A DNA stretch of 64,000 bases from Thermodesulfobacteriota bacterium (GTDB taxonomy: Bacteria; Desulfobacterota; Desulfarculia; JACQYL01). The translations under genes were made by a program, and so were the position numbers. Location: positions 4,512,001 to 4,576,000 of the forward strand of contig CAXXLZ010000002.1 in NCBI GenBank assembly GCA_963675595.2. The letters run 5' to 3'. The notes beneath the pieces were generated by a model. That model was not told where the DNA came from, ran no database searches, and saw only the letters and a program-made list of their open reading frames with translations. Shown here one piece after another: positions 27,753 through 38,624 of the stretch (the first letter of the stretch is position 1; each line of letters begins with the position of its first letter).

Positions 27753-29339
27753 ATGGAGCACGAGGTAAGAATCTACGACACGACTTTGCGGGACGGTACG
27801 CAAGGGGAACTGGTCAACTTCTCGGCGGAAGACAAGATGCGCATTGCGCGCAAAATGGACTCGATGGGATTCCACTACATCGAGGGAGGCTGGCCGGGGT
27901 CCAACCCCAAAGATCGACGTTTCTTCGAGATGGCCAAATCCGAGGAATTTGAAACCGCTCGAATTACCGCTTTCGGCAGCACTCGCCGACCAAGGATCAA
28001 GCCCGGCGACGACGAGAACGTCCGGTCCCTGATGGAATCCGAAACTCCGGTGGTGGCGATTTTCGGGAAAAGCTGGGACCTCCACGCGGTGGATATTCTG
28101 GGTACCACACTGGAAGAAAACTGCGCCATGATTTCCGACACGGTGGCCTTTTTCAAGGATCGGGGTCGGGAGGTGGTGTACGACGCGGAACACTTTTTCG
28201 ACGGGTATCTGCGAAACCCCGAATACGCCATGAAGACCCTGGAAGCGGCGGCCCGGGCGGGCGCGGATTATCTGGTGCTGTGCGACACCAACGGCGGCAC
28301 CCTGCCTCACGGCATTGAGGAAATGGTGTCTCAGGTGGCTGAAAGTCTGCACGTTCCTTTGGGCATCCACTGCCACGACGACTGTGGAGTGGCCGTGGCC
28401 AACAGTCTCGCCGCCTTGCGCCGAGGGGCCGTGATGGTTCACGGCACGGTGAACGGGTATGGGGAGCGGTGTGGGAACGCGGACCTCATCACCCTGATTC
28501 CCACGCTTCAGCTCAAGATGTCCATGTCTTGCATCCCGGAAGACCGGCTGGAGCACGTCACGGACCTGTCCCGGTTCGTGAGCGAACTGGCCAATCGGCC
28601 CCCCAACAACCAGCGGCCTTATGCGGGCCGGAGCGCCTTCGCCCATAAGGGAGGAGTTCACGTGAGCGCCGTGATGAAGAATCCGGCGGCCTACGAACAC
28701 GTGGAACCGTCCACCGTGGGCAACCGAAGACGGGTGATCGTTTCCGACCTGTCCGGCAAGAGCAACGTGCAATACAAGGCCGAGGAATTGGGTATTCGTT
28801 TGGGCGGCAATGGCAAGGACAGTCGGGAGATCGTCGGGGAGATCAAGAAGCTCGAGGATTTGGGATATCAGTTCGATGCGGCGGAAGGGTCCTTCGAGCT
28901 GTTGGTGAAGAAGATCACCGGGCAGTTCATCGAGCCGTTCTGTCTCGAGCATTTCCGGGTGACCATCGAAAAGAACGGCAACGAGGAAGCCAAATCCCAG
29001 GCCATGGTGAAAATCTCCGTGGGAAACGAAAAGGAGATCACCGCCGCGGAAGGGGACGGCCCGGTGAACGCCCTGGACAACGCATTGCGCAAAGCGCTGC
29101 ATACGTTCTTTCCGGACCTGCAGGAGATGCATCTGGTGGACTACAAGGTCCGGGTCATCGAAGGGACCGAAGGAACCGCTGCGCGGGTCAAAGTGCTCAT
29201 CGAATCCCGGGACCCACAGGATATTTGGAGCACCATCGGGGTATCCACGGACATCATCGACGCAAGTTGGCAGGCTCTGGTGGACAGCATTCAGTTTCGT
29301 TTGAGCAGGAAACAATCTACGGAAGCCAAGGTGGCCTAA
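27753..29339 (+). CDS. cimA: Citramalate synthase
   Basis: YDTTLRDGTQGE, IEGGWPGSNPKD, FGKSWDLH, YDAEHFFDG and AFAHKGGVH; LeuA-type regulatory domain. Confidence 0.93.
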   Translation: MEHEVRIYDTTLRDGTQGELVNFSAEDKMRIARKMDSMGFHYIEGGWPGSNPKDRRFFEMAKSEEFETARITAFGSTRRPRIKPGDDENVRSLMESETPVVAIFGKSWDLHAVDILGTTLEENCAMISDTVAFFKDRGREVVYDAEHFFDGYLRNPEYAMKTLEAAARAGADYLVLCDTNGGTLPHGIEEMVSQVAESLHVPLGIHCHDDCGVAVANSLAALRRGAVMVHGTVNGYGERCGNADLITLIPTLQLKMSMSCIPEDRLEHVTDLSRFVSELANRPPNNQRPYAGRSAFAHKGGVHVSAVMKNPAAYEHVEPSTVGNRRRVIVSDLSGKSNVQYKAEELGIRLGGNGKDSREIVGEIKKLEDLGYQFDAAEGSFELLVKKITGQFIEPFCLEHFRVTIEKNGNEEAKSQAMVKISVGNEKEITAAEGDGPVNALDNALRKALHTFFPDLQEMHLVDYKVRVIEGTEGTAARVKVLIESRDPQDIWSTIGVSTDIIDASWQALVDSIQFRLSRKQSTEAKVA

Positions 29340-29500
29340 ATGGACGACGGTATTCATTCCAAGCGAGGAGTCACTGCCGCGGGTCGACATACGTGCGATC
29401 CGCGGCAGGCACTGGGCGGGTTTTCTCCTTACGTCTCACGAGTCATTCTACTTTGACGAATCATCATCATTGAAGCACTGAAGACCGGAGGAAACACGCC

Positions 29501-31036
29501 ATGGCGGAACGAGTATACGTATTCGATACGACCCTGAGAGACGGAGAACAATCTCCCGGCGCCAGCATGAACGCGGCGGAAAAGCTGCGACTGGCCTACC
29601 AGTTGGAAAAGCTGGGTGTGGACATTATGGAAGCGGGATTTCCCGCGGCTTCCGAGGGCGATTTTGAAGGCGTTCGGGACATTGCCGGCAAGGTGAGGGG
29701 ATGTCAGATCGCCGGACTGGCCCGGGCCAATAAGGAAGACCTGGATCGAGCCTGGAATGCGGTGAAGGAGGGAGCCAATCCCCGAATTCATACCTTCATC
29801 GCCACGTCGGACATTCACCTCGAGTACAAGCTGAAATTGACCCGCGAGCAGGTGCTGAAGAACGCGGTGGAAGCGGTGAAGTACGCCAGGTCTTTCACGG
29901 AAAACGTCCAGTTCTCCGCCGAAGACGCCACGCGGTCGGATCGGGATTTCCTCGTGAAGGTGTTCGAAGCGGTCATCGAAGCGGGGGCCACCACGGTGAA
30001 TATTCCGGATACCGTGGGTTATGCGGTGCCTTCGGAATTCGGAGAATTCATCCGCTACATCAAAGAGCATACGCCCAACATGGGAAAGGCCGTGATCAGC
30101 GTGCACTGCCACAACGATCTGGGCATGGCCACGGCCAACACGCTCACCGGGGTGGCCAACGGGGCCCGACAGATCGAGGTCACCATGAACGGCATCGGAG
30201 AGCGGGCGGGCAATACGTCCCTCGAAGAGTGCGTCATGGGGGGACGCACGCGTAAGGACCTGCTGGCTTTCGAAACCAATGTGAATACGCAGCTCATTTA
30301 TCCCACCAGCAGATTGGTTTCCATGATCACCGGCATCGTGGTTCAGCCCAACAAAGCCATCGTGGGCGCCAACGCCTTTGCACACGAGGCGGGCATCCAC
30401 CAGGACGGCATGCTCAAGCACGAGTCCACCTATGAAATCATGCGTCCCGCGGACGTGGGCATTGAAGCCAGTTCCCTGGTGCTGGGGAAGCATTCGGGTC
30501 GCCATGCGTTCCGGAAACGTCTCGAAGCCATGGGATACAATGTGGAAAAGGAAGATCTGGACCGTTTGTTCGTGCGTTTCAAGGAACTGGCGGACAAACG
30601 CAAAGAGATTCTGGACGAAGACATCGAGGCCATCGTGGCCGAGGAACTGCTGCGGGCGCCGGACCATTACCGTCTGGATTATCTGAACGTGATCAGTGGC
30701 ACCGTTTCGGTGCCCACGGCCACGGTGCGCATCGAGGTGGACGGAGAAATGCGTCAGGGCGCCGAATTCGGCGTGGGTCCCATTGATGCCACCTTTAACA
30801 CGATCAGCAAGCTGACCAAGACGTCCCCCAAGCTGGTTCGCTTTTCGGTGAACGCCATCACCGGAGGCATGGACGCTCAAGGCGAGGTTACGGTGAGGCT
30901 TCAGGAAGACGGCATCGTGGCTCTGGGCAAAGGCACGGACCCCGACATCATCACGGCCAGCGCCCGGGCCTATGTGAACGGACTCAATAGGCTGCGTCAC
31001 CTGAAGAGTCATCCTTCGGTACGGCCCGAGCTCTGA
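29501..31036 (+). CDS. leuA: 2-isopropylmalate synthase
   Basis: FDTTLRDGEQSPG, HCHNDLG, GIGERAGN, HEAGIHQDG and LGKHSGRHA. Confidence 0.97.
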   Translation: MAERVYVFDTTLRDGEQSPGASMNAAEKLRLAYQLEKLGVDIMEAGFPAASEGDFEGVRDIAGKVRGCQIAGLARANKEDLDRAWNAVKEGANPRIHTFIATSDIHLEYKLKLTREQVLKNAVEAVKYARSFTENVQFSAEDATRSDRDFLVKVFEAVIEAGATTVNIPDTVGYAVPSEFGEFIRYIKEHTPNMGKAVISVHCHNDLGMATANTLTGVANGARQIEVTMNGIGERAGNTSLEECVMGGRTRKDLLAFETNVNTQLIYPTSRLVSMITGIVVQPNKAIVGANAFAHEAGIHQDGMLKHESTYEIMRPADVGIEASSLVLGKHSGRHAFRKRLEAMGYNVEKEDLDRLFVRFKELADKRKEILDEDIEAIVAEELLRAPDHYRLDYLNVISGTVSVPTATVRIEVDGEMRQGAEFGVGPIDATFNTISKLTKTSPKLVRFSVNAITGGMDAQGEVTVRLQEDGIVALGKGTDPDIITASARAYVNGLNRLRHLKSHPSVRPEL

Positions 31037-31244
31037 TGGTGATTTGTACGAGTTCACTATAATGGGGCGGTGCTTGGAAAAGGCGCCGCCCGGACTCCCC
31101 GCGGAACCTAATGAATAGGGCCGTACCGCTTCGGGCGGAGCGTCCGAGGGGGGCTGGGCCGTCCCACCGATGTGGATTCCCCCGGGATGATGAATGGACC
31201 TGAATGATTCCAACGGAAGTTCGACACCAGAAAAGGCGAAACCC

Positions 31245-32504
31245 ATGCCTATGACGATTACAGAGAAGATACTGGCTGCTCACGCGGGAAAAAGTGAAGT
31301 TCATCCGGGGGAGCTCATTGAAGTGCGCGTGGACCTGGCCTTGGCCAACGACATCACGGCTCCTCTGGCCATCCGGGTCTTTCAGCGGATGGGTGCGGAC
31401 CGGGTGTTCGATCCCGAAAAGGTCGCCTTGATCCAGGACCACTTCGTACCCAACAAGGACATCGACTCCGCGGAGCAGGCGAGGGTCACGCGGGAATTTT
31501 CCCGTGAGCAGGGTTTGAAACATTTTTACGAAATCGGCGAAGCGGGGATTGAGCACGTGATGCTCCCCGAGCGGGGGATGGTAGTGCCCGGAGACGTGGT
31601 CATCGGGGCGGACAGCCACACGTGCACCTATGGCGGTTTGGGCGCCTTTTCCTCCGGCGTGGGCTCCACCGACCTGGCGGGAGTCATGGCCACAGGGGAA
31701 ATCTGGGTCAAAGTGCCGCCCACGATTCGACTGGTTTTCGAAGGCAATCTTGGACGATGGGTGCAGGGTAAGGACCTGATTCTGCATGCCATCGGCCTCC
31801 TGGGCGTGGAAGGTGCTCGATACCGGTCTCTGGAATTTACCGGTCCGGTCATTGAAGCCCTTTCCATGGAGGGACGGCTCACCATGGCCAACATGGCCGT
31901 CGAGGCGGGAGCCAAGAACGGCATCGTTCCTCCGGACCAGGTCACCCGAGCCTACGTGGCGGAACGATCTTCACGCGTGGGCGAGTACTGCGCCGGCGAT
32001 CCCGGCGCAGAATACGAGCGGGTTATTCATATTTCGGTGGACGGTCTCCAGCCGGTGGTGGCCTGTCCCAATTCTCCGGACAACACGGCCCCCGTGCCCG
32101 AAGTCCGGGACGTTCGTATCGATCAGGTCTTCATCGGAAGCTGCACCAACGGCCGCATCGAAGACCTCAGGAGCGCCGCGCAGGTCTTGGCGGGCAGGCA
32201 AAGGCACAAAGACGTGCGGGTCATCGTGGTGCCGGGTTCCCCGTTGGTCTACAGGCAGGCGTTGAACGAAGGTCTGTTCCAGGTCTTTCTGGACGCCGGC
32301 GCGGTCATCGGACCTCCCACCTGCGGCCCCTGTTTGGGAGGTCACATGGGAGTTCTCGCTAAAAAGGAACGGGCCGTATCCACCAGCAACCGCAACTTTG
32401 TGGGACGCATGGGACACCCGGAGAGCGAAGTCTATCTGGCCAATCCCGCGGTGGCCGCCGCTTCGGCGATCCTGGGCAGGGTGGCTTCTCCCGAGGAGCT
32501 GTAA
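31245..32504 (+). CDS. leuC: 3-isopropylmalate dehydratase large subunit
   Basis: MTITEKIL, GADSHTCTYG, IGSCTNGR, CGPCLG and STSNRNFVGRMG. Confidence 0.96.
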   Translation: MPMTITEKILAAHAGKSEVHPGELIEVRVDLALANDITAPLAIRVFQRMGADRVFDPEKVALIQDHFVPNKDIDSAEQARVTREFSREQGLKHFYEIGEAGIEHVMLPERGMVVPGDVVIGADSHTCTYGGLGAFSSGVGSTDLAGVMATGEIWVKVPPTIRLVFEGNLGRWVQGKDLILHAIGLLGVEGARYRSLEFTGPVIEALSMEGRLTMANMAVEAGAKNGIVPPDQVTRAYVAERSSRVGEYCAGDPGAEYERVIHISVDGLQPVVACPNSPDNTAPVPEVRDVRIDQVFIGSCTNGRIEDLRSAAQVLAGRQRHKDVRVIVVPGSPLVYRQALNEGLFQVFLDAGAVIGPPTCGPCLGGHMGVLAKKERAVSTSNRNFVGRMGHPESEVYLANPAVAAASAILGRVASPEEL

Positions 32505-32654
32505 CGGGCCGTTGAAAAACGCGATCCGCGGTGTGGCGCTTCACCCCTCGTCACTGAGACGTACTCCATGTACGTTTTACTCCTCGGGAGTTGCGCGCCT
32601 CGCAGGTAATCGTTTCTTTGCCGGCCTGTGACCCCGGCCCTTTTCAACGGGCCG
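32505..32654 (+). mobile_element. Family B MITE-like element (~150 bp) between leuC and leuD
   Basis: Imperfect TIR CGGGCCGTTGAAAA ... TTTTCAACGGGCCG; core aligns with 23711-23835. Confidence 0.72.
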
Positions 32655-32732
32655 GTAAGTCCCCAACGCATGTCCGGCGCCGGACGCAAACGGGTCCGGC
32701 GTCTTCCCCCACATGAGGAGGCTCAACAGAGA

Positions 32733-33248
32733 ATGGAAGGAAATGTGCTGGTCTTAGGGGACCATATCGACACGGACGTGATCATTCCCGCCCGATATTT
32801 GACGCAGAGCGATGAGGCGTTTCTGGCCAAATACTGCTTCGCGGACCTTCATCCCGATTTCAGCGAGAAGGTAAAACCCGGAGACATTCTCGTGGCCGGA
32901 GTCAATTTCGGTTGCGGCTCTTCGAGAGAGCATGCCCCCCTGGCCATCAAGGCCGCCGGGGTGTCCTGCGTCATCGCGTCGAGTTTCGCCCGGATTTTCT
33001 ATCGAAACTCCTTCAACATCGGGTTGCCCATCCTGGAATCTCCCGAGGCCGCGGCCGCGGTGCGTTCAGGCGACCGCCTGTCCGTGGATTTCGAAGCCGG
33101 AGAGATTCGCAACCTGACACGCAACGAAACCTATCACGCGGAGCCCATTCCCAAGTTCATGCTGGAGTTGGTCGAAGCCGGCGGCTTGGTGAACTACATT
33201 CGCGAGAAGAAACTGGGCAAAGACCGGGAAGGGACGGCGGCGCGATAA
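32733..33248 (+). CDS. leuD: 3-isopropylmalate dehydratase small subunit
   Basis: GDHIDTDVIIPA, NFGCGSSREHA and FARIFYRN. Confidence 0.96.
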   Translation: MEGNVLVLGDHIDTDVIIPARYLTQSDEAFLAKYCFADLHPDFSEKVKPGDILVAGVNFGCGSSREHAPLAIKAAGVSCVIASSFARIFYRNSFNIGLPILESPEAAAAVRSGDRLSVDFEAGEIRNLTRNETYHAEPIPKFMLELVEAGGLVNYIREKKLGKDREGTAAR

Positions 33249-33391
33249 TCGCGCCGTAACTGTTCGGGACGGCCGGGGAGTGATTTTTCGAAGTGCTCCG
33301 GCATTTTGGAATTCCGGCGCCGAACATCAGCCGTGGCGAGTCAAGAATCTTACCACTCCCTGAAACTCAGATAAGGAAACGGGAAGACAAC

Positions 33392-35050
33392 ATGCAAAGC
33401 GACAAAGTGAAAAAGGGAGTCGAGCGTGCGCCCCATCGGTCTCTGTTCAAGGCCCTGGGATGTACGGACGAGGAGCTTAAGCGGCCGCTCATCGGCATCG
33501 CCGATCCGGCCAACACGATTATTCCGGGGCATATGCACCTGAACCAGGTGGTGGAGGCGGTGAAGGCCGGGGTTTACATGGCCGGGGGCACGCCCATTAC
33601 GTTCGGCACGGTGGGCGTCTGCGACGGCATCGCCATGAACCATGAGGGTATGAAATACTCTTTGGTCAGTCGCGAACTCATCGCCGATTCGGTGGAAATC
33701 ATGGCCAAAGCCCATGCGTTCGACGCTCTGGTGCTGGTTCCCAATTGCGATAAAATCATTCCCGGGATGATCATGGCCGCAGCTCGGCTGGACCTGCCCG
33801 CCCTGGTGGTCAGCGGAGGACCCATGCTGGCCGGGACGCACGGCGACAAGAAGGTCGACCTGGTGCAGGTGTTCGAGGCCGTGGGCGCGGTGAAAGCCGG
33901 TCGTATGGGGGAGGAGGAACTGACCCTGCTGGAAGAAGAGGCCTGCCCCACCTGTGGGTCCTGCGCCGGCATGTTCACGGCCAATTCCATGAATTGCCTG
34001 ACGGAGAGCCTGGGCATGGGTTTGCCCGGCAACGGGACCATTCCTGCGGTGTATTCTCACAGACTGCGGCTGGCCAAACACGCGGGCATGGCCGTGATGG
34101 ACCTCCTGGCGCGGGACTTGAAACCTTCGGCCATTATGACGGAAGACGCCTTTTATAACGCGTTGGCCGTGGACATGGCCCTGGGCTGCTCCACCAACAC
34201 CATCCTTCATCTCTTGGCCATCGCCCATGAGCGGGGACTGACCATCGACCTTCGGGAAGTGAACCGGATCAGTTCATCGATTCCCAAACTTTGTTCCTTG
34301 AGCCCCGCCGGTGCTCACCATGTGGAAGACCTGCATCGAGCGGGAGGCATTCCGGCGGTGATGAAGGAGTTGGCGCGAGCCGGTTTGCTCCGGGAGACGG
34401 CCCTGACGGTTACGGGCAGGACTCTGGGTGAGAATCTGGCTTCCGTCCCGGGAGGGGACGGGGACGTGGTGCGTCGTGTGGACGAGCCTCTCGCCGCCCA
34501 AGGGGGGCTGGCGGTGCTTTTTGGAAATCTCGCGCCCGAGGGCTGCGTGGTCAAGCAATCCGCCGTGGTGGAGAAGATGCTTCGCCACAGCGGTCCCGCC
34601 CGTGTGTTCGAAAGCGAGGAAGCGGCCTCGGAAACCATTCTCTCGGGCGGAATCCGGGAGGGAGACGTGGTGGTCATCCGATACGAGGGGCCCAAAGGCG
34701 GCCCCGGTATGCGGGAGATGCTCACGCCCACGTCGACCATCGCCGGCATGGGACTGGACGATTCCGTGGCCCTGATTACGGACGGCCGCTTTTCCGGGGC
34801 CACGCGGGGAGCCTCCATCGGGCATGTCAGCCCCGAGGCCATGGAAGGAGGTCTCATCGGCCTCATCCAGGAGGGGGACATCATTGAGATCGATATCCCT
34901 GAAAAACGATTGAATCTTCAGGTGAGCGACGAGGAGATCGCCCGGCGGAAAGCTTCCTGGAAGCCACCGGAACCCAAAGTAAAAGGTGGAGTATTGGGAC
35001 GCTACGCTCGGATGGTCACTTCGGCGTCCACCGGAGCGGTATTTAGATAA
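33392..35050 (+). CDS. ilvD: Dihydroxy-acid dehydratase
   Basis: [35 protein letters not shown] and TDGRFSG. Confidence 0.97.
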   Translation: MQSDKVKKGVERAPHRSLFKALGCTDEELKRPLIGIADPANTIIPGHMHLNQVVEAVKAGVYMAGGTPITFGTVGVCDGIAMNHEGMKYSLVSRELIADSVEIMAKAHAFDALVLVPNCDKIIPGMIMAAARLDLPALVVSGGPMLAGTHGDKKVDLVQVFEAVGAVKAGRMGEEELTLLEEEACPTCGSCAGMFTANSMNCLTESLGMGLPGNGTIPAVYSHRLRLAKHAGMAVMDLLARDLKPSAIMTEDAFYNALAVDMALGCSTNTILHLLAIAHERGLTIDLREVNRISSSIPKLCSLSPAGAHHVEDLHRAGGIPAVMKELARAGLLRETALTVTGRTLGENLASVPGGDGDVVRRVDEPLAAQGGLAVLFGNLAPEGCVVKQSAVVEKMLRHSGPARVFESEEAASETILSGGIREGDVVVIRYEGPKGGPGMREMLTPTSTIAGMGLDDSVALITDGRFSGATRGASIGHVSPEAMEGGLIGLIQEGDIIEIDIPEKRLNLQVSDEEIARRKASWKPPEPKVKGGVLGRYARMVTSASTGAVFR

Positions 35051-35286
35051 TAGAGGGAGGGGTCCGGGTCGGTCCGGGGAACCCTAGTACTTGCCCATTC
35101 GGACAATCCGTCGCCGGTAAACCGAATCCGGCGGACGGAACCTTCGGCTGACCCCGAAGCCGAATGGGGAGGGTGCGGAGGGAGTCTCTCACGGGGTGTT
35201 CATAACGTGGGAGATATCCAAGCCGGGGAAGCGTCCCCGGTGGACCTCCGAACTCCGTGGACTCTCCAGCCAAAAAGGAGTAAGCC

Positions 35287-37029
35287 TTGCCGACTACTGC
35301 AGCAGCCAAAGCCATCGACATGAATGTCGCCAAGCCGAGACCCGTAAAGCGGACCGGCGCGCAGATCCTGTTCGATATCCTCACGGACGAAGGGGTCGAT
35401 GTCATATTCGGTTATCCAGGAGGAGCGGTGATCGATATTTATGACACAATGCCCCAGTATCCCATTCGACACCTACTGATGCGCCACGAACAGGCCGCCG
35501 TGCACGCCACGGACGCCTATTCGCGGACTTCGGGCAAGACGGGTGTTTGCCTGGTGACCAGCGGTCCCGGTGCGACCAACACCGTGACGGGGGTTGCGTC
35601 CGCTTATATGGATTCCATCCCCATGGTGTTGCTGACGGGGCAGGTGCCCAGCCACCTCATTGGAAACGACGCTTTCCAGGAAGTGGATATCGTGGGCATC
35701 ACCCGTCCCTGCACCAAACACAACTACATGGTGAAAGACATTTCCGAATTGGGCCGGATTTTGAGGGAAGCCTTTCTCATCGCCCGATCCGGCAGACCCG
35801 GACCCGTTCTCGTGGACCTGTGCAAGGACGCCATGTCCGCCGTGACGGATTTCATCATGCCGCCTCCGGCGTCTCCCAGGGGATATAATCCCATTTACGC
35901 GCCCCATAAGGGCCAGGTGAAGAAAGCGGTCCAGTTGATCGCCAAGTCAAAGAAACCCGTGGTGCTGGCCGGGGGAGGCGTGGTGCTTTCCGGAGCGGCG
36001 GAGGAGCTTGCCCGGTTCGTGGAAAAAATATGGGCTCCGGTCACCGGAACATTGATGGGCCTCGGCGGTTTTCCCGGAACCCATGAGTTATGGTTGGGCA
36101 TGTTGGGAATGCACGGTACCTACCGTGCCAACATGGCGGTGAGCGAGTGTGATCTTCTGGTGAGCATCGGCTGCAGATTCGACGACCGCGTCACCGGAAA
36201 AATCGACGCCTTCGCATCCCACGCCAAGATCATTCACATCGATATCGATCCCACGTCCATCCGCAAGAATATTCAAGTGGAAGTCCCCGTGGTCGGTGAC
36301 TGTAAAGCCACTCTCAAGGAACTTAACCGCCTGCTCAACGACGAGGAATTTCCGGAGCTTCGAGAGTCGCGAAAACCTTGGCTCGATCAGATCGAGCATT
36401 GGAAGGGCAGCGCGCCTCTGGCCTACAACCAGACGGACACCATCAAACCCCAGTTCGTGGTGGAGAAGCTGTACGAGCTTACCGAAGGAAAGGCCATCAT
36501 CACCACGGAGGTAGGCCAGAACCAGATGTGGGCCGCCCAGTACTACCATTTCGACCGGCCCAACAGCTTCGTCACCTCCGGCGGTCTGGGGTGCATGGGG
36601 TTCGGTCTGCCCGCGGCCATTGGAGCGCAGGTGGCGTGCCCCGATCGCCTGGTCATCGACATCGCCGGCGACGGCAGCATCCAGATGAACAGCCAGGAAT
36701 TCGCCACCGCCGTCCAAAACAAGCTGCCCGTCAAAGTGGCCATTCTCAATAACGGGTACCTGGGCATGGTGCGGCAATGGCAGGAACTCTTCAAAGAGAA
36801 ACGTTACGTGGCTACGGACATGCCTGCCGCTCCCGATTTCGTCAAGCTGGCCGACGCCTATGGAGCCGTGGGGCTCAGAGCTAAGCGACCCGATGAAGTG
36901 GAGGCCGTGATCCGAAAGGCCATCGATACCGACGGCCCGGTAATCATGGAATTCATCGTGGAACGTGAGGAAAGCGTTTATCCCATGGTGCCGGCGGGCG
37001 CCGCAATGACGGACATGCTTCTGGTGTGA
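35287..37029 (+). CDS. ilvB: Acetolactate synthase large subunit
   Basis: FGYPGGAV, RHEQ, TSGPGATN, GMLGMHG, RFDDRVTG and the GDGS..N TPP motif; AAGGAG RBS before TTG (alternative ATG 35320). Confidence 0.96.
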   Translation: MPTTAAAKAIDMNVAKPRPVKRTGAQILFDILTDEGVDVIFGYPGGAVIDIYDTMPQYPIRHLLMRHEQAAVHATDAYSRTSGKTGVCLVTSGPGATNTVTGVASAYMDSIPMVLLTGQVPSHLIGNDAFQEVDIVGITRPCTKHNYMVKDISELGRILREAFLIARSGRPGPVLVDLCKDAMSAVTDFIMPPPASPRGYNPIYAPHKGQVKKAVQLIAKSKKPVVLAGGGVVLSGAAEELARFVEKIWAPVTGTLMGLGGFPGTHELWLGMLGMHGTYRANMAVSECDLLVSIGCRFDDRVTGKIDAFASHAKIIHIDIDPTSIRKNIQVEVPVVGDCKATLKELNRLLNDEEFPELRESRKPWLDQIEHWKGSAPLAYNQTDTIKPQFVVEKLYELTEGKAIITTEVGQNQMWAAQYYHFDRPNSFVTSGGLGCMGFGLPAAIGAQVACPDRLVIDIAGDGSIQMNSQEFATAVQNKLPVKVAILNNGYLGMVRQWQELFKEKRYVATDMPAAPDFVKLADAYGAVGLRAKRPDEVEAVIRKAIDTDGPVIMEFIVEREESVYPMVPAGAAMTDMLLV

Positions 37030-37035
37030 CCCGGA

Positions 37036-37554
37036 ATGAGGAACGACAACATGGCTCAAGAGGAGAAGCATACCTTATCCATCCTCGTGTCCAATGAACC
37101 GGGCGTGCTCAGTCGCGTGTCCGGTTTGTTCAGCGGACGGGGATTCAATATCGTCAGCTTGAACGTGGCGGAAACCCTCGACCCCACACTGTCCCGCATC
37201 ACGCTCGTGTCCACCGGGGAAACCCAGATTCACGAGCAAATCAATAAACAGTTGCGGAAGCTCATCAGTGTGATTAAAGTGGTGGACTTCACCGACGGCG
37301 AGTGCGTCCAGCGGGAGCTGGCCCTGATCAAGGTCCGAACGGCGAGCGAGCATCGGGCGGAGGTCCTGCGCATCGTGGACATCTTTCGCTGCAAAGTCGT
37401 GGATGTTTCCCCGCAGGACTATATTATCGAAGTCACAGGAAATGTAGGAAAAATCGAAGCGTTGATCGATCTGCTCAAACCCATAGGCACTCTCGACGTC
37501 GCGCGGACCGGAGTGATCGCCATGGCACGGAGCAAGAAAGGAAGCAGAAAATGA
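37036..37554 (+). CDS. ilvN: Acetolactate synthase small subunit
   Basis: [23 protein letters not shown] domain, RELALIKV and ARTG. Confidence 0.96.
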   Translation: MRNDNMAQEEKHTLSILVSNEPGVLSRVSGLFSGRGFNIVSLNVAETLDPTLSRITLVSTGETQIHEQINKQLRKLISVIKVVDFTDGECVQRELALIKVRTASEHRAEVLRIVDIFRCKVVDVSPQDYIIEVTGNVGKIEALIDLLKPIGTLDVARTGVIAMARSKKGSRK

Positions 37555-38549
37555 AAATATTTTATGAAAAAGATGCGGACCTGTCGTTGCTGCAGGGCAT
37601 AAAGGTGGCCGTTTTGGGATTCGGGAGCCAGGGACACGCCCAGGCGCTGAACCTCCGCGACAGCGGCGTGGACGTGGTCATCGGCCAGAAGCCGGGCGGT
37701 GCGGGTTTTGAGCTTGCCAAGAAATTCGGTTTCGATCCCAAACCCGTTTCCGAAGCGGTGGCCGCCGCTCAGGTGATCCAGGTGTTGGTGCCGGACCATA
37801 TCCAGGCCGACCTCTACAAGAATGAGATTTTGCCCGGTTTGACCGAGGGCAAGATGCTTCTTTTTTCCCACGGGTTCTGCATCCATTACGGTCAGATCCT
37901 GCCTCCCGACAATGTGGACGTGGCCATGGTGGCGCCCAAGGGACCGGGTCACCTGGTACGCCGAGAGTACGAACGGGGCGCCGGAGTGCCCTCTTTGGTG
38001 GCGGTGGAACAGGATGCCACGGGCAAGGCGTTGGATCGAGCCCTGGCCTATGCCAAAGGCATTGGAGCGACCCGGGCCGGCGTAATCGAAACTTCCTTCC
38101 GCGAAGAGACGGAGACCGACCTGTTCGGTGAGCAGGCGGTGCTCTGCGGCGGAGTCACCGCTCTGATCAAGGCGGGTTTCGAGACTTTGGTGGACGCGGG
38201 CTATGCGCCGGAAATCGCCTACTTCGAGTGCTGCCACGAAATGAAGCTTATTGTGGACCTGATCTATGAAGGCGGGTTGAGCAGGATGCGGTACAGCATC
38301 AGCGACACCGCCGAATACGGCGACTTGACCCGGGGCGATCGGATCATTGGGCCGGAAGTCCGGGAAGAGATGGAATACATCCTGGAGGAAATCCAGTCCG
38401 GAGAATTCGCCAAGGAATGGATTCTGGAAAACAAGGCCAACCGGCCCGTACTCAACGCTCTTCGCCGTCGCGAGGCCGAGAACCCCATTGAGGAAGTGGG
38501 TTCGAAGCTGCGCTCCATGATGGGCTGGCTGAAGAAGGAAGAATGCTGA
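37551..38549 (+). CDS. ilvC: Ketol-acid reductoisomerase
   Basis: [31 protein letters not shown] and SDTAEYG. Confidence 0.97.
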   Translation: MKIFYEKDADLSLLQGIKVAVLGFGSQGHAQALNLRDSGVDVVIGQKPGGAGFELAKKFGFDPKPVSEAVAAAQVIQVLVPDHIQADLYKNEILPGLTEGKMLLFSHGFCIHYGQILPPDNVDVAMVAPKGPGHLVRREYERGAGVPSLVAVEQDATGKALDRALAYAKGIGATRAGVIETSFREETETDLFGEQAVLCGGVTALIKAGFETLVDAGYAPEIAYFECCHEMKLIVDLIYEGGLSRMRYSISDTAEYGDLTRGDRIIGPEVREEMEYILEEIQSGEFAKEWILENKANRPVLNALRRREAENPIEEVGSKLRSMMGWLKKEEC

Positions 38550-38624
38550 TCTCGGGATAAGGCTCATGCGTCCGGGAGCTGCTTCCCCGGCTCCCGGACC
38601 TCTAACCGATACCTGGAAGGATTC

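Noticed and set aside
27675-31246. Long minus-strand ORFs (571 aa and 605 aa) opposite cimA and leuA, and similar ORFs opposite other genes (11338-12750, 22200-23690, 37419-38858)
   Set aside because: Antisense shadows produced by GC3-biased codon use; they carry no motifs and overlap well-supported genes.
35051-35286. Hairpin-rich ilvD-ilvB spacer as a second attenuator
   Set aside because: No BCAA-rich leader ORF and no hairpin with a U-tract.
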